This document shows positions 39,201 through 51,217 of a DNA stretch of 60,932 nt, piece by piece (position 1 is the stretch's first letter; every line of letters starts with the position of its first letter). The notes under the pieces are model-generated. The model saw nothing but the letters and a program-made list of their open reading frames with translations. It did no database searches and was not told the DNA's origin. This DNA comes from Octopus bimaculoides (Eukaryota). The stretch is from NCBI RefSeq assembly GCF_001194135.2, contig NC_069008.1, positions 8,684,826 through 8,745,757 of the forward strand, read 5' to 3'. The position numbers were made by a program, and so were the translations under genes.

Positions 39201-42155
39201 ACCTTTGGATAATACATCATCAGAGCTTCAGTGTCCATTTTTCCATGTTTGCATGGGTTGGATGGAATTTGCTAAGGTGGATTTTCGATGGCCACGTGCC
39301 CTTCCTGCCATAAACCCACACCTGTTTCCAGGTATGGTAATATTTCCCTGTGGCCAGTCATGTCTCGAAAGATTGCAAACAAAGAACACTGCTTGCTTGA
39401 CAGTGACACTCACTCACAGCTATCATGCAATGTCAAAGAAAGGACACAGTAGCACAAACACACACACATACATCTGTCTACCAAATCCACTCACCAGGCT
39501 TTTAATAGGTGCAAGGCTAAAGTAGAAGACACGAGGCCAAAGTACCATGCAGTGGGACTGAACTCAGAACTATGTGATTGGGAAGCAAGCAACTTACCAC
39601 ACAACTATGTTTGCACCTGTTGGATATAAAGAGATTGTCTAAAGTCAGATTTATTGCTTCTTGTTATCACCTCTCTGTGAGCCATCCTCACATCATCATC
39701 ATCATTTAACATGTCACACTCAAGTGGTGTTTTTCACGTGCCACCTGCACAGGAGCCAGTCCAGCGGTACTGGCAACGACCTCGCTCAAATGTTTTTTCA
39801 CGTGCCAGTAAGGCGACGCTGGTAACGATCACGTTTTGAATGGTGCTTTTTACGTGCCACCGGCATGGAAACCAGCCAGCTGCTCTGGCAGCGATCCTGC
39901 TCAGATGGTGCTCTTAGCGCTCCACTGGCACGGGTGCCAGTCATTGAATTTGTGAATTTGATTTGATTTCGATTTCACTTGCCTCAACAGGTCTTCACAA
40001 GCAGAGTTTAGTGTCCAATGAAGGAAAAGTACGCATAAGTGGGCTGGTTACACCCCTGGCATAGGCCATGGGTTATGGTCTCACTTGGCTTGCCGGGTCT
40101 TCTCACACACTGCATATTTCCAAAGGTCTCGGTCACAAGTCATTGCCTCAGTGAGGCCTAATGTTCAGAGGTCGTGCTTCACCACATCATCCCAGGTCTT
40201 CCTGGGTCNNNNNNNNNNNNNNNNNNNNNNNNNNNNNNNNNNNNNNNNNNNNNNNNNNNNNNNNNNNNNNNNNNNNNNNNNNNNNNNNNNNNNNNNNNNN
40301 NNNNNNNNNNNNNNNNNNNNNNNNNNNNNNNNNNNNNNNNNNNNNNNNNNNNNNNNNNNNNNNNNNNNNNNNNNNNNNNNNNNNNNNNNNNNNNNNNNNN
40401 NNNNNNNNNNNNNNNNNNNNNNNNNNNNNNNNNNNNNNNNNNNNNNNNNNNNNNNNNNNNNNNNNNNNNNNNNNNNNNNNNNNNNNNNNNNNNNNNNNNN
40501 NNNNNNNNNNNNNNNNNNNNNNNNNNNNNNNNNNNNNNNNNNNNNNNNNNNNNNNNNNNNNNNNNNNNNNNNNNNNNNNNNNNNNNNNNNNNNNNNNNNN
40601 NNNNNNNNNNNNNNNNNNNNNNNNNNNNNNNNNNNNNNNNNNNNNNNNNNNNNNNNNNNNNNNNNNNNNNNNNNNNNNNNNNNNNNNNNNNNNNNNNNNN
40701 NNNNNNNNNNNNNNNNNNNNNNNNNNNNNNNNNNNNNNNNNNNNNNNNNNNNNNNNNNNNNNNNNNNNNNNNNNNNNNNNNNNNNNNNNNNNNNNNNNNN
40801 NNNNNNNNNNNNNNNNNNNNNNNNNNNNNNNNNNNNNNNNNNNNNNNNNNNNNNNNNNNNNNNNNNNNNNNNNNNNNNNNNNNNNNNNNNNNNNNNNNNN
40901 NNNNNNNNNNNNNNNNNNNNNNNNNNNNNCTGTCTAACAAATCTGCTCACAATGCTTTGGCTGGCCCAAGGCCATAATAGAAGACACTTGCCCAAAGGGC
41001 AGCACAGTGGGACTGAACCTAGAACCATGTAGCTGATAAGCAAACTTCTTACCACAAAGCCATGCCTGCACTAATATACACACATACTTATACAATGGGC
41101 TTCTTTTCAGTTTCTGTCTAACAAATCTGCTCACAATGCTTTGGCTGGCCCAAGGCCATAATAGAAGACACTTGCCCAAAGGGCAGCACAGTGGGACTGA
41201 ACCTAGAACCATGTAGCTGATAAGCAAACTTCTTACCACAAAGCCATGCCTGCACTAATATACACACATATATATACATATACACATAATATATACTTTT
41301 GTATGTAAATAAATAAATAATTTTTCCTTTTTTTTCCCATTTCATTTTCTTTCTGCATTCTAACAATCTTATTATTTTGTTCAACCACATGACAATCTAC
41401 CTTTTATACATGGATAATGCATGCATTGGGAATTATTGCATAATTTGGATTTTAAATTTTGGCACAAGGCCAGCAATTTCGGTGTTAGGGGGGAGATGGA
41501 TAAGTCAATTACATCAACCCTGGGGCTCAACTGATGCTTATTTTATCGACTACAAAAGGATGATGAATAACAAGGTTGACTTCAGCCGAGTTTGAACAAA
41601 ATGCCGCTAAGCATTTCGCCTGGTGCAATAACAACTCCAACAGCTTGCCGCCTTAAATTATATTGCATAATTTCGCATGAGTAAGTTTAGCTGCTGCACA
41701 TGCAGTTGTGGGCGGTAATTGAACTCTCACATTACAGCAGTAATTATTATGCATAACATGACTGCTGGTGTTTGGCGGGATCTAGATTTTGCTTTTCCTG
41801 CCTCCTCGTGTCTCCCAGCTCCCTAATGTCTTCCTGTTTTCTCTTTATTTGAATTGTTTTCTGTTTTTCAATTTCAGTTTTCCTCTCTTCTAATACTTCT
41901 TTTTTATTTGTTTCAGTCAGTTGACTGTGACCATGCTGGGGCACTGCCTTGAAGAATTTTAGTTGAACAAATTAACCTCAAGACTTACTTTTTTAAGCTT
42001 AGTGCTTATTTTATCAGTCTCTCTTGTCAAACCACTAAGTTATGGGAACATAAACACACTAAAACTGGTCGTCAAGTGATGGTGGAGGACAAACACAGAC
42101 ACAAGGACACACACACACACATACATATATATACAATGGGCTTTTTTCAGTTTCT

Positions 42156-42384
42156 TATTTCTTTACTGCCCCCTAGGGGCTACACACAGAGGGGACAAAC
42201 AAGGACAGACAAACAGATTAAGTCGATTATATCGACCCCAGTGCATAATTGGTACTTATTTAATCAACCCCGAAAGGATGAAAGGCAAAGTCAACCTTGG
42301 TGGAATTTGAACTCAGAACGTAGCAGCAGGCGAAATACCACTAAGCATTTCGCCCGGCGTGCTAACATTTCTGCCAGCTCGCCA
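42156..42384 (-). mobile_element. Young SINE-B inserted into a SINE-A copy
   Basis: 15-bp TSD cttttttcagtttct (42141-42155, 42385-42399). SINE-A sequence resumes on both sides, and CpGs are retained. Confidence 0.85.
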
Positions 42385-42769
42385 CTTTTTTCAGTTTCTG
42401 TCAACCAAATCCACTCACAAGGCTTTGGTTGGCCCAAGGCTATAGTAAAAGACATTTGCCTAAGGTGCCATGCAGTGGGACTGAACCCAAAACCATGTGG
42501 TTGGAGGAGAACAAGTATCTTACCACACAGCCACACCTGCACCTAAATTACTCTTAACTCCGTAATACTTGAAATTCACCACTCACTTTCTGTAGGTCTG
42601 TTTCATTTTTTATCTGTTTCAGTCGTTAGACTGTGGCCATGCTGGGGCATAGTTGAATGAATCAACCCCAGTACTTATTTTTTTCTAAAGCCTGGTACTT
42701 ACTCTATTGAGCATGGGAATGTAAACAAACCATCACTGGTTGTCAAGCAGTGATAGGGGACAGACACAA

Positions 42770-42810
<41 letters not shown>

Positions 42811-43425
42811 CGTATACAATGGGCTCCTTTCACACTTTCATCTTTCGACTGCAACTCCCTCTCTCCTCACGGATTTGAAAACATCCAATCAGAGACTTCC
42901 TTCAATGAAACGTGTTCACCTTAGTTTAGTAAACTAAAACATGTTCTAAAAATTCTAGTCAAGTAATTAATTCGATAAAGCAGCAGCAGTGGAACTTTAA
43001 AGTTAAGAATAAGCAAAAGATACGTGCACGTGCACGCGCATGCACCCACCCACACATACACACACACACTGGTTTTATAAGTGGTACTCAAAGAAGATAA
43101 AGCTATAAATAATAGTAGTATGTAAATATTAGGTTTAAAAAAACACCAGTATGGAAAAAGTCAAGGGCTGCACATTAATAAATATTTATTTCTGGTGCTT
43201 TTTGTTATATTTCTGCTGCTTTTAAATAAAGCATATTACTCTACCTCTGGTATTTGAGTTCTCTTTTTTCCACCTTGTTGCATATTTATGTGCTTACTCT
43301 GGAATATATATATATATATATATAGAAACTGTTGTGTATTTAGTAGGAGTTACACGTATTATTTAAAAGAGTTTGAAGTTGCATGGAACTGAATCACTTT
43401 TTTGAAATAATATACATATATATAA

Positions 43426-43476
<51 letters not shown>

Positions 43477-43621
43477 NNNNNNNNNNNNNNNNNNNNNNNN
43501 NNNNNNNNNNNNNNNNNNNNNNNNNNNNNNNNNNNNNNNNNNNNNNNNNNNNNNNNNNNNNNNNNNNNNNNNNNNNNNNNNNNNNNNNNNNNNNNNNNNN
43601 NNNNNNNNNNNCATGCCTGCA

Positions 43622-43659
<38 letters not shown>

Positions 43660-45261
43660 CCAAAGTGTACAGTATTATATATCCATTATAGTCGATCTTG
43701 CCAATCAGTTTTGAGCTAGGGGTTCAACAGAGTGTTAGGTAACAATCCAATTATGTAACCCTGCACTCATCAGAGGTATCCAATATGGAATGAAATATGC
43801 ATATATGTATGTTTTTTTATGGAAGATTTTATTTTATCTCACTTTAAGAGGGGGAGCTTTGTCTCTTAGAACCAAAGATAGCAGGTTGGCATCAAACCAG
43901 TTAAGGGTACAGATGATGGTGGAATGCAAAGTCACTTCTATGCTAATTCAGTGAGTTCGTTAGTTCAGTTGATTGAACTAACTCTGAAGGTAAACCTCCT
44001 GTTCCCGAATTGTAGCTTTGGTTATAAAAACATCATGAGGGATAGTGAAATGAGGCACATGAACTAGTGGTTAGTGTGTTGAACTCATGATAATAAGGTT
44101 GTGGTTTCAATTCCTGGTTTGGGAGACACTTTGTGTTCTTGAGCAAAACATTTCATTTCATGTTACTGCAGTCCACTCAGCTGACAAAAATGAGTAATTC
44201 TGCAAGAAACCAGCGTCCAGTCCAGGCCATGGAAACTGGGGAAACTGGCCCTTATGAGTCGATATGACTCAAGAAGGAAACTTTACCTTTACCTGACCAG
44301 AAGCAATTGTGATTTGTCTAAGTGTGTGCAGCTCATGTGTAATAGGGGTGAGGTCAATCAACCCTTTTTTTACCCTTTTGAAAGGCACTAACTTACTTTC
44401 AATTGATTTTACAAATAATGAAGAAATTATCGAAATAATTTTGTCCTAATTAAGCTGGTGTTTGGGACAAAAATTAATACGAAAATTTGAAGAAAGGTTT
44501 TTTAATTTAAATCACTTCAAAATAGGAAGTTTGTATCATAGGACAAGGGGTAGCCTGAGGCCAGTTGGTATCGAAAGGGTTCATGTTTTCTGATAGGGGT
44601 AGCGATTGTGGCTTACATGACAAAATTATTCATGGAGTCTAGGCAGATGTGGCATAAGGTGTTGAGGGTAGATTGCACATGGAGGAAATTTGGGTTTAGA
44701 AAGTTAACGGATGGAAACCAGTGCCATTTTAAGGTTTGGGCTCACTGAGCAGTTTGCCCAGGGACCTTATGGATCTATGGGCCCAATTCTGATCTATGCA
44801 TGCTGTGAGTTGCTATTAATAAAAAAATGATGTTAACATCTCTGATGCGAACCCAAGAACTTTCAAAAATTCAATTAATGCTACTCATTATTCTTTCAAT
44901 CTATAGAGTAGTAATTAAATTTTCATAGACACAGGTTTGACTGTGTGGCAAGAAGCTTGCTTCTCAACCACATGGTTCCACGTTTAGTTCCACTGGATGG
45001 CACCTTGGGCAAATGTCTTCTACTATAGTCTCAGGCTGACCAAAGCCTTGTGAGTGGATGTGGTAGACAGAAACTGAAAGAAGCCCATCATACATATATA
45101 TATATATTATACTCATTTATTGTGCTTTTAAATATTAATTTTTCTATATGTGATAGTGGATTTTCATCGATGAGTTTTTGAAACTTGGTTATTTTCCCTA
45201 AAACTATATATATATATATATATATATACTTTATTTAAAAGCAGCAGAAATATAACAAAAG

Positions 45262-45301
45262 ACTGTTACTCAGAGTTTCACATTCCCATTCATCGGACAG
45301 T
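45262..45301 (-). ncRNA. Type-I hammerhead-like motif with a CCGAUGA core (left arm; sense in the host pre-mRNA)
   Basis: ACTGT-CCGATGA-ATG-GGAA-TGT-GAAACTCTGAGT-A-ACAGT. Confidence 0.55.
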
Positions 45302-45307
45302 TTTGTT

Positions 45308-45347
45308 ACTGTCCGATGAACGGGAATGTGAAACTCCGAGTAACAGT
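45308..45347 (+). ncRNA. Type-I hammerhead-like motif with a CCGAUGA core (right arm)
   Basis: ACTGT-CCGATGA-ACG-GGAA-TGT-GAAACTCCGAGT-A-ACAGT gives a 5-bp stem I, 3-bp stem II with a GGAA loop, near-palindromic stem III ACUC.GAGU and a GUA triplet. U4 is replaced by C. Confidence 0.6.
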
Positions 45348-46699
45348 CTTTTGTTATATTTCTGCTGCTTTTAAATAAAGCATATTACTCTACCTCTGGT
45401 ATTTGAGTACTCTTTTTTCCACCTTGTTGCACATTTCATGTGCTTACTCCAGTATATATATATATATATATATATATATTTACTTGAAGGATCGAGGCAA
45501 ACCTAGCAACAAGAGACTGGTAGACTAAGTACCTGGCCTAATAAAAAATAAGTACTAGGGTCAATTCATTTGACCAAAAATTCTTCAAAGCAGTGCCCCA
45601 GTATGGCTGCAGTCTAATGACTAAAATTAGTGTGGACAGTTGCATAAAGAAGTGCCAAACTCTAATAGTGGAGGGTACCTGTGGAAGGGGTAGACCTAGG
45701 AAGACGTGAGACAAAGTGGTGAAGAAATGACAAGGGACTGACAGATATCAAGATTTGCTGTACTTGATAAGACACGTCAAGCTAAGTAAAATCACTGTCA
45801 TCCATGCATACAAGCCTGTCCTTCCAGGTGCTGGTACCACATAAAAAAAACACCCATGCTGGTGCCGTGTGAAAGATTATATAGCTAAAAGATTATAGGG
45901 TCTCTTGCACTGATTTGGTCAGGGGCTTATATTGCTACGGAGAGAACAGTAAGGGAAATGAACGGTGAGGACATCTGTATAACAGAAGGCATTGTTGGTG
46001 GTGAGAGCCAGGAGGGAGATCATTGACATTGGAGGAAGAGCATGGAAGAGGAGGAAAAACAGCACAACACACTAGAATTGAAAGGGTCCTGGGCAGAGAG
46101 AGCGTCGTCAGCACACACACACACATCATGATAATGCAACTAGATAGGAAAACACTGATCAAACAGACATGAGATGGATGAAACCGTAGAAGAGTGGGTG
46201 TAGGGCTACAGTTTTAATCGGAGATTCACATACCAGATATGGTCAAGGGCTTTTTTGGATGTCACCAAACTTCTGTTCTATCACCAAACTCTGAGGACAA
46301 GGGATATGCGAGACTACATGGCAGGTAGACTTTTGCTTTGCAAATCCTTACTTTTGCTTAGCAATCACAAGATCCTGGTTTCAATCCTGCTGCATGGGAA
46401 CTTGGGTAAGCTTCAGGGCAGTCAAAGCCTTATGGGAAGAAGTTGGGTACATGAAAACAGTGTGGAAGCCCATTGAATGGATTACCCCCATAATTCAAAC
46501 GATCAGCCTTGTCACGCGCTGCATCATTCCGATTTGGCCTCAGGAGTACATTAAGGGTACATATGTCTGTGGAATATTCATCCATATATGCAGTAACAGT
46601 AATTCAGTGAGCAGGCAGCTTAGTTGATCAGATAGTTCAATATTTATTGTAAAATTCGAGATCCATTTGAGAGAGGGGGAGGGGAGAGAAAGAAAGAAA

Positions 46700-47148
46700 G
46701 AAAGCATTAGAAGGCGGCGACAAGCTGACAGGATCGTTAGCGTGTTGGACAAACTATTTGGCGGCATTTCTTCGGGCTCTTTAGATTCTGAGTTCAAATT
46801 ACGTGGAGGTCAACATTGCTTTTCATACGTCTGTGACCAATAAAATAAGGGCCAGTTGAGTACTGAGGTCGGGTAATCGGTTAACCCTCTCCACTGAAAA
46901 TTGCTGGCCCTGTTTTAAAATTTGAAACAATTATTTATCAGAGATATTTAATTAGATGCTGATAGAGCCGAATGATTAACAATTTCACTTTCCAACCATG
47001 AGAAGGTCCAGGATTTGAACACCCTATACGGTTTCTCGGGCTTATAACGTAACTTCTGGTCGACCCAAGCATTGTGAATGAAACTGCGTTGACAGAAATT
47101 GCATAGAAGGAATGAATTGTACATGTGATTCAAAAGGCCAGCCTTCTA

Positions 47149-47183
<35 letters not shown>

Positions 47184-47305
47184 CTACTGTTCATACTAAT
47201 TCCGGCTGAGGAATATTCAGCCACTTTCACGTCATCATCATTTATGTATTTATTTATAGATATGCGGCTATATATATATCATATACAAATTTATAGGTAT
47301 GTGGC

Positions 47306-47340
<35 letters not shown>

Positions 47341-48300
47341 ATGTATGAATGTATGAGGCGTCTATACACATAGATATATATTTATGTATTTATAATGTGT
47401 ACGTATGTATGAATATATATATGTATTTACGTGTGTACGTATGTATTTATATGTATTTATTGTTTTATGCTTGTTTAAAAAAAACCGACAAGAAGAGAAG
47501 AATAATCGATGTGTGCGTGTGTGCATACACGAACTCCCGGCCCTCGAGTCACTCTACTGCCGATTATGAATAATTAATACATACATTGAAAATTGAAACC
47601 AGTAATCTTAGAAGGTTTTTGATCTTGCTTTTTGGGGGGATTTTTTTTCTTTCGGGCTCGTTTCCGATGGTAAGAATGGAAACATGAAACTCGGAGTAAC
47701 GATAGTTAGCAAAGGTATCAGTTTCCAACACACACACATCATATCATATATACATGCTATATATACATATACGTGTGTATATATCGTAACTTACCTGATT
47801 TTACGACTGAGACGGCTTCTTCGGCGGACACCCAGTTCTGTTCGCGTTCCGGGTACGGGTGGAACGGTTCCATCGTGCCGGCATAGAAACCCCTAGTGAT
47901 CGCCCAACTGGCTCTGCTAGCCCCACATACCCCATTTGATGCGATCTTCGGATGGTAGCGGCCCACAAGCCGGTTTAGAACTCTCAGAGTCGACATCACT
48001 TCAATACTTTTGCTGACGTACTTAAAAGAATTTGGCGAAGTTGTTTGAGGACAAAAAGTAGAAATAGATTTATGAATTATAATATGTACGTATTTTTATG
48101 TATTGCAAATGTGACCCGTCTGTTCTTTGTCCCGTAAGTGTTCCTTTATAAACGTGTCTTTAAAAAACCATTAAGGATCAACTGCCGGAATAGCTGGGAC
48201 CCCTTAAACGCCGTGTATTGTGGTTCTTGTCTTCTTTGACTCCTCAGACAATGCCAAATCGCAAACTGCAGCACCAGAAGCAGCAGCAGAGGAACGGTTG
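46700..48300 (-). promoter_or_regulatory. CpG-retaining promoter / first-exon domain
   Basis: CpG is visibly more frequent around exon 1 than in the intron body. A diverged SINE at about 46705-46930 keeps its CpGs. TGACGT (CRE-like) lies at about 48014. The TSS cannot be located from sequence. Confidence 0.5.
47795..47996 (-). CDS. Coding exon 1 of an acetyl-CoA hydrolase/transferase-family gene (4-hydroxybutyrate CoA-transferase-like / ASCT-like), with a likely mitochondrial targeting peptide
   Basis: ATG at 47996-47994 gives MSTLRVLNRL...WVSAEEAVSVVKS (67 codons + 1 nt), ending at a canonical donor CAG|GTAAGT. The N-terminus is Arg/Ser-rich with no acidic residues until about residue 43. 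SAEEAVSVVKSG resembles the family N-terminal motif (A.EAV..IKSG). Phase 1 matches exon 2. Confidence 0.88.
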
Positions 48301-50470
48301 GAGAGGGGGGTAGGGTGATAAGTGTTGCGGAGGAGGAGGAGAAGAAGAAGAAGCGCTTGGTGGAGATGTGGATGGTTGTGGAAAATACCAGTTACATAAA
48401 GAACAGAGAAAAGGAGGGGATGAGGAGCAAGAGTTAAAAGGGAGTCAAGAGGAGAGAGAGGGGGGGAGAAAGAGAGATGGAATAAGGCAGAGAAAAAACA
48501 ATGAATTATAAAGAGGGGAAATTTTTAGAGGAGCAGAGCTTAACATGTGAGTTGCGCAAGAGTAACAGTGGCAGAGGAGAAAGAGAAAGAGTAATCGAGT
48601 AAAGAAAAGATAGGGAGGGAGAGAGGGGAAGTGATCTGGTAGTGGTGGTATTGGAGTTGACAGAGCAGTAAGAGGGTGAGGAAGTATAGAAGGATGTGAG
48701 TGAGAAAGAGGTGTGACTCTTTAGAGGGAGGGAGTGCACGTAACAGTTGCACAAGAGTAGCGGGGAGGAGGAGAAAGAGCTATGAAAGTGAAAGAGGGAA
48801 GTTCTTTAGAAAAACAGAAGGCAGCGTAGGGGATGCACAAGAGTTGCAGGGGCAGGCGAGATGGAGAGAGAATGAAGAAATAGAAAGAGGGGAAGTCTTT
48901 AGATAAGCAGAACTTAGAGTGTGTTATGCAAGAGTAGCAGGGGCAGAGAAGAGAGAGAAAGAATAATGAATTAAAAAGAGGAAGTTTTAGAGAAGCAGAA
49001 CTTAGCATGTGGGTTGCGCAAGAATAGTAGAAAGGATGAGGAGAAAGAGAGGAAAGAATGTGAATGAGAAAGTAGAGGGAGGCATTAGAGATGCAGCATT
49101 TAGAATGATGGTAGGAGGATGTGTTGGAGGTAGGAGAAAGAACATTATTACAAGACATAAAAATAATAAAAGGTGAAGCAATGGGTATGAAAGAAGGAAT
49201 ATGTAAAATAAGAGAGAGAGAGAGAGAAAGAGAAAGATAGAGGAGAAATCGGCAGAATGAATAATATATAGAGAGAGGGGAGGGAGAGGAGTTAGAAGGG
49301 AGGCAGTTGTATTGGCAGCAACAGCAATTAGAGAAGGAGGAGGAGGAGAAGTAACAACTAGAAGTTAAAAGAGAGGGGAGACTGCAGGATGAGGAAGAGG
49401 AAGAGGAAGAATTGGAAGTGCAGCAGAACTGTAGTTATGAAGGCGATGGTGAGGACACTAGCTGCAGCAGTAGAATGTTTGGGTGCAGCGGTACTGACTG
49501 CAGTAGGACGAAGGTGAGCGAAACAACGGCGGCAGCAGCAGACATCATCGGCTTTTGCCGCGTATTGTTTTGACATTGCAACATTAGGACTGGAGTAAGG
49601 GAGTTGGAGAGGAAAAGGGTTGGAGAAGAGAGCGATAGAGCAGATAAGAGAGAAGGAGAAGAGACACAGAGACAGAGAGACGAAAAGGATAGAAAAATAC
49701 TAAAAGAAAGTGAGGTAAGAAGGGAGAAAAGAGAGAGAGTGAGAGAAAGAAAAAGAGAGACGAAGTGGATAGAAAAATAGTAAAAGAAAGAGGTGAGAGA
49801 GAGAAGAGGAGAGGAGAGGAAAGAAGGAAACTGGATATGAGATTGAGAGGGAGAGACGAAGTGGATAGAAAAATAGTAAAAAGGTAGACGGAGAGAGAGA
49901 GAGAAAGTAAATATCGAAAGTAGAAAAGTAAAAAGAGGTGGACAGAGTGAGAAGGGGAGGAGAGTAAACGGGAAGAATGAAAGTGGGGAAAGAGTAAATA
50001 GGAAAGGAAAGCTACGAGAGAGAGAGAGAGAGAGAGAGAAAGTGTAAATTGCTAGAGTAAGGGAGGGAGAGATAGAGAAAGATTGGTGGGAGTGAATGGA
50101 GAGAGAGAGAAAATGCAAAGACGAGGAAGAAAAAGAAAAAGTGAGGCAAAGAGATAAAAGAGAAGAGCGAGTATAATATTGAGAGAGAATTGTAGAATGC
50201 GAGAGGGAGGAAGCAGAAGGATTAATGAGATTGAGGAGGAGGAGGAGGAGGAGGAGGAGGAGAAATAAATAGAAAAAGCGTATAGTGAGAGAGAGAGAAG
50301 GGGAAGGAAATAGAGATACAGAAACGAGGGGGGTAAGGGAGTGTGATACATATATTTACATACATCGATATACATATATAGATATATATATATATATATA
50401 TATATATANNNNNNNNNNTACACACACACCCATATATATATAAGAGAGAGAGAGAGAGAGAGGGAAAGAA
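48300..50470 (+). repeat. ~2-kb polypurine tract with degenerate ~80-100 bp tandem units (48490-49040)
   Basis: Recurrent gcaagagtagcaggggcagag...gaagttttagagaagcagaacttag, and gagacgaagtggatagaaaaatagtaaaa about three times at 49675-49880. Confidence 0.8.
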
Positions 50471-50687
50471 AAACAGCTTCAATGTCACCTTAATTTAACT
50501 TCAGACAAGAGAGGTCTTGAAAATATAACACACATTACGAATAGGGGTATGGAAACACGTGTGTTCAAGAGGGAGGGAAAAAACGAGGTACTTGTAATAA
50601 TTCACTGAAAGCATAACGTTCACAAACGATTATTTAGCGTTTCACTCTTTCTGATTTTCGGACGATTCTGATAATGGTTACATAGTC

Positions 50688-51217
50688 GACGGAATTCTGG
50701 TTTGAGTACCCCATATAAACCCTCATAACTTTTTCTATTTTGGGGAAGTTTCAGAAATTTTCTTGCGAATTTGTGTTCTACACACGAGAATTTATGAGGT
50801 TATAAATTTTTTTTGTCATTTTTAACCCTTCCCCACCATAAATCCTAAAAGTTCCACTCCTTTTCGAAATTATTTTAAAATCAGAGTTTAAAATACGAAC
50901 AGTCCGAATTTTATGCTTAAATCCCAGCAATGGACCACCCTTGGCTGCATCATCATTCCATTAAATGTGTTTCTGGGGAGAAAAATATTGATAAACATCG
51001 ATACATATCAGAGTGATAAAGAAACGAAGAAGTGGTCATGAGATGAGCTAAAATAGCAGCTAAATCGTCCTTTTTTTATAAAAATTTTTTTTTTTTTTTG
51101 CATAATAGTATGAATTCTTGTATGTAGGACACAAATTCGCAAACATTTTCAGGAAATACCAAAAAATAAAAAAAGTTTTGAGGGGTTATATTAGGTGCTT
51201 AAACCAGAAATCTGCCA
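50688..51217. mobile_element. Non-autonomous DNA transposon with long imperfect TIRs (~530 bp)
   Basis: ttctggtttgagtaccccatataaaccctcataactttt is mirrored by aaaagttttgaggggttatattaggtgcttaaaccagaa; ttgcgaatttgtgttctaca is mirrored by tgtaggacacaaattcgcaa. Superfamily not determined. Confidence 0.7.

Larger units (their letters stand above)
45229..45452. mobile_element. Penelope pLTR / retrozyme-like element with an inverted duplication, embedded in (TA)n
   Basis: Arms 45229-45300 and 45309-45380 match at 70/72 with an 8-nt spacer. The right arm continues to about 45452. (TA)n flanks both ends. A core-less copy of the tail lies at about 43200-43305. Confidence 0.7.
2240..47794 (-). other. 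Intron 1 of the CoA-transferase gene (45,555 nt including N gaps)
   Basis: GT...AG ends and a phase-1 join (G+GG = Gly) that gives a continuous family sequence VVKS-G-MRVF. No intermediate exon is required, but one hidden in a gap cannot be excluded. Confidence 0.8.

Noticed and set aside
40930-41270. Identical ~180-bp tandem SINE duplication
   Set aside because: It begins at a gap edge and is essentially identical, so a contig-overlap artefact is more likely than biology.
47997-47999. ORF-track start at 47999
   Set aside because: It is a GTG. The next codon, ATG at 47996-47994, is the plausible eukaryotic start.
49355-49570. Acidic plus-strand open frame and overlapping short minus-strand ORFs
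   Set aside because: No recognisable domain or acceptor; the composition is explained by the purine tract.
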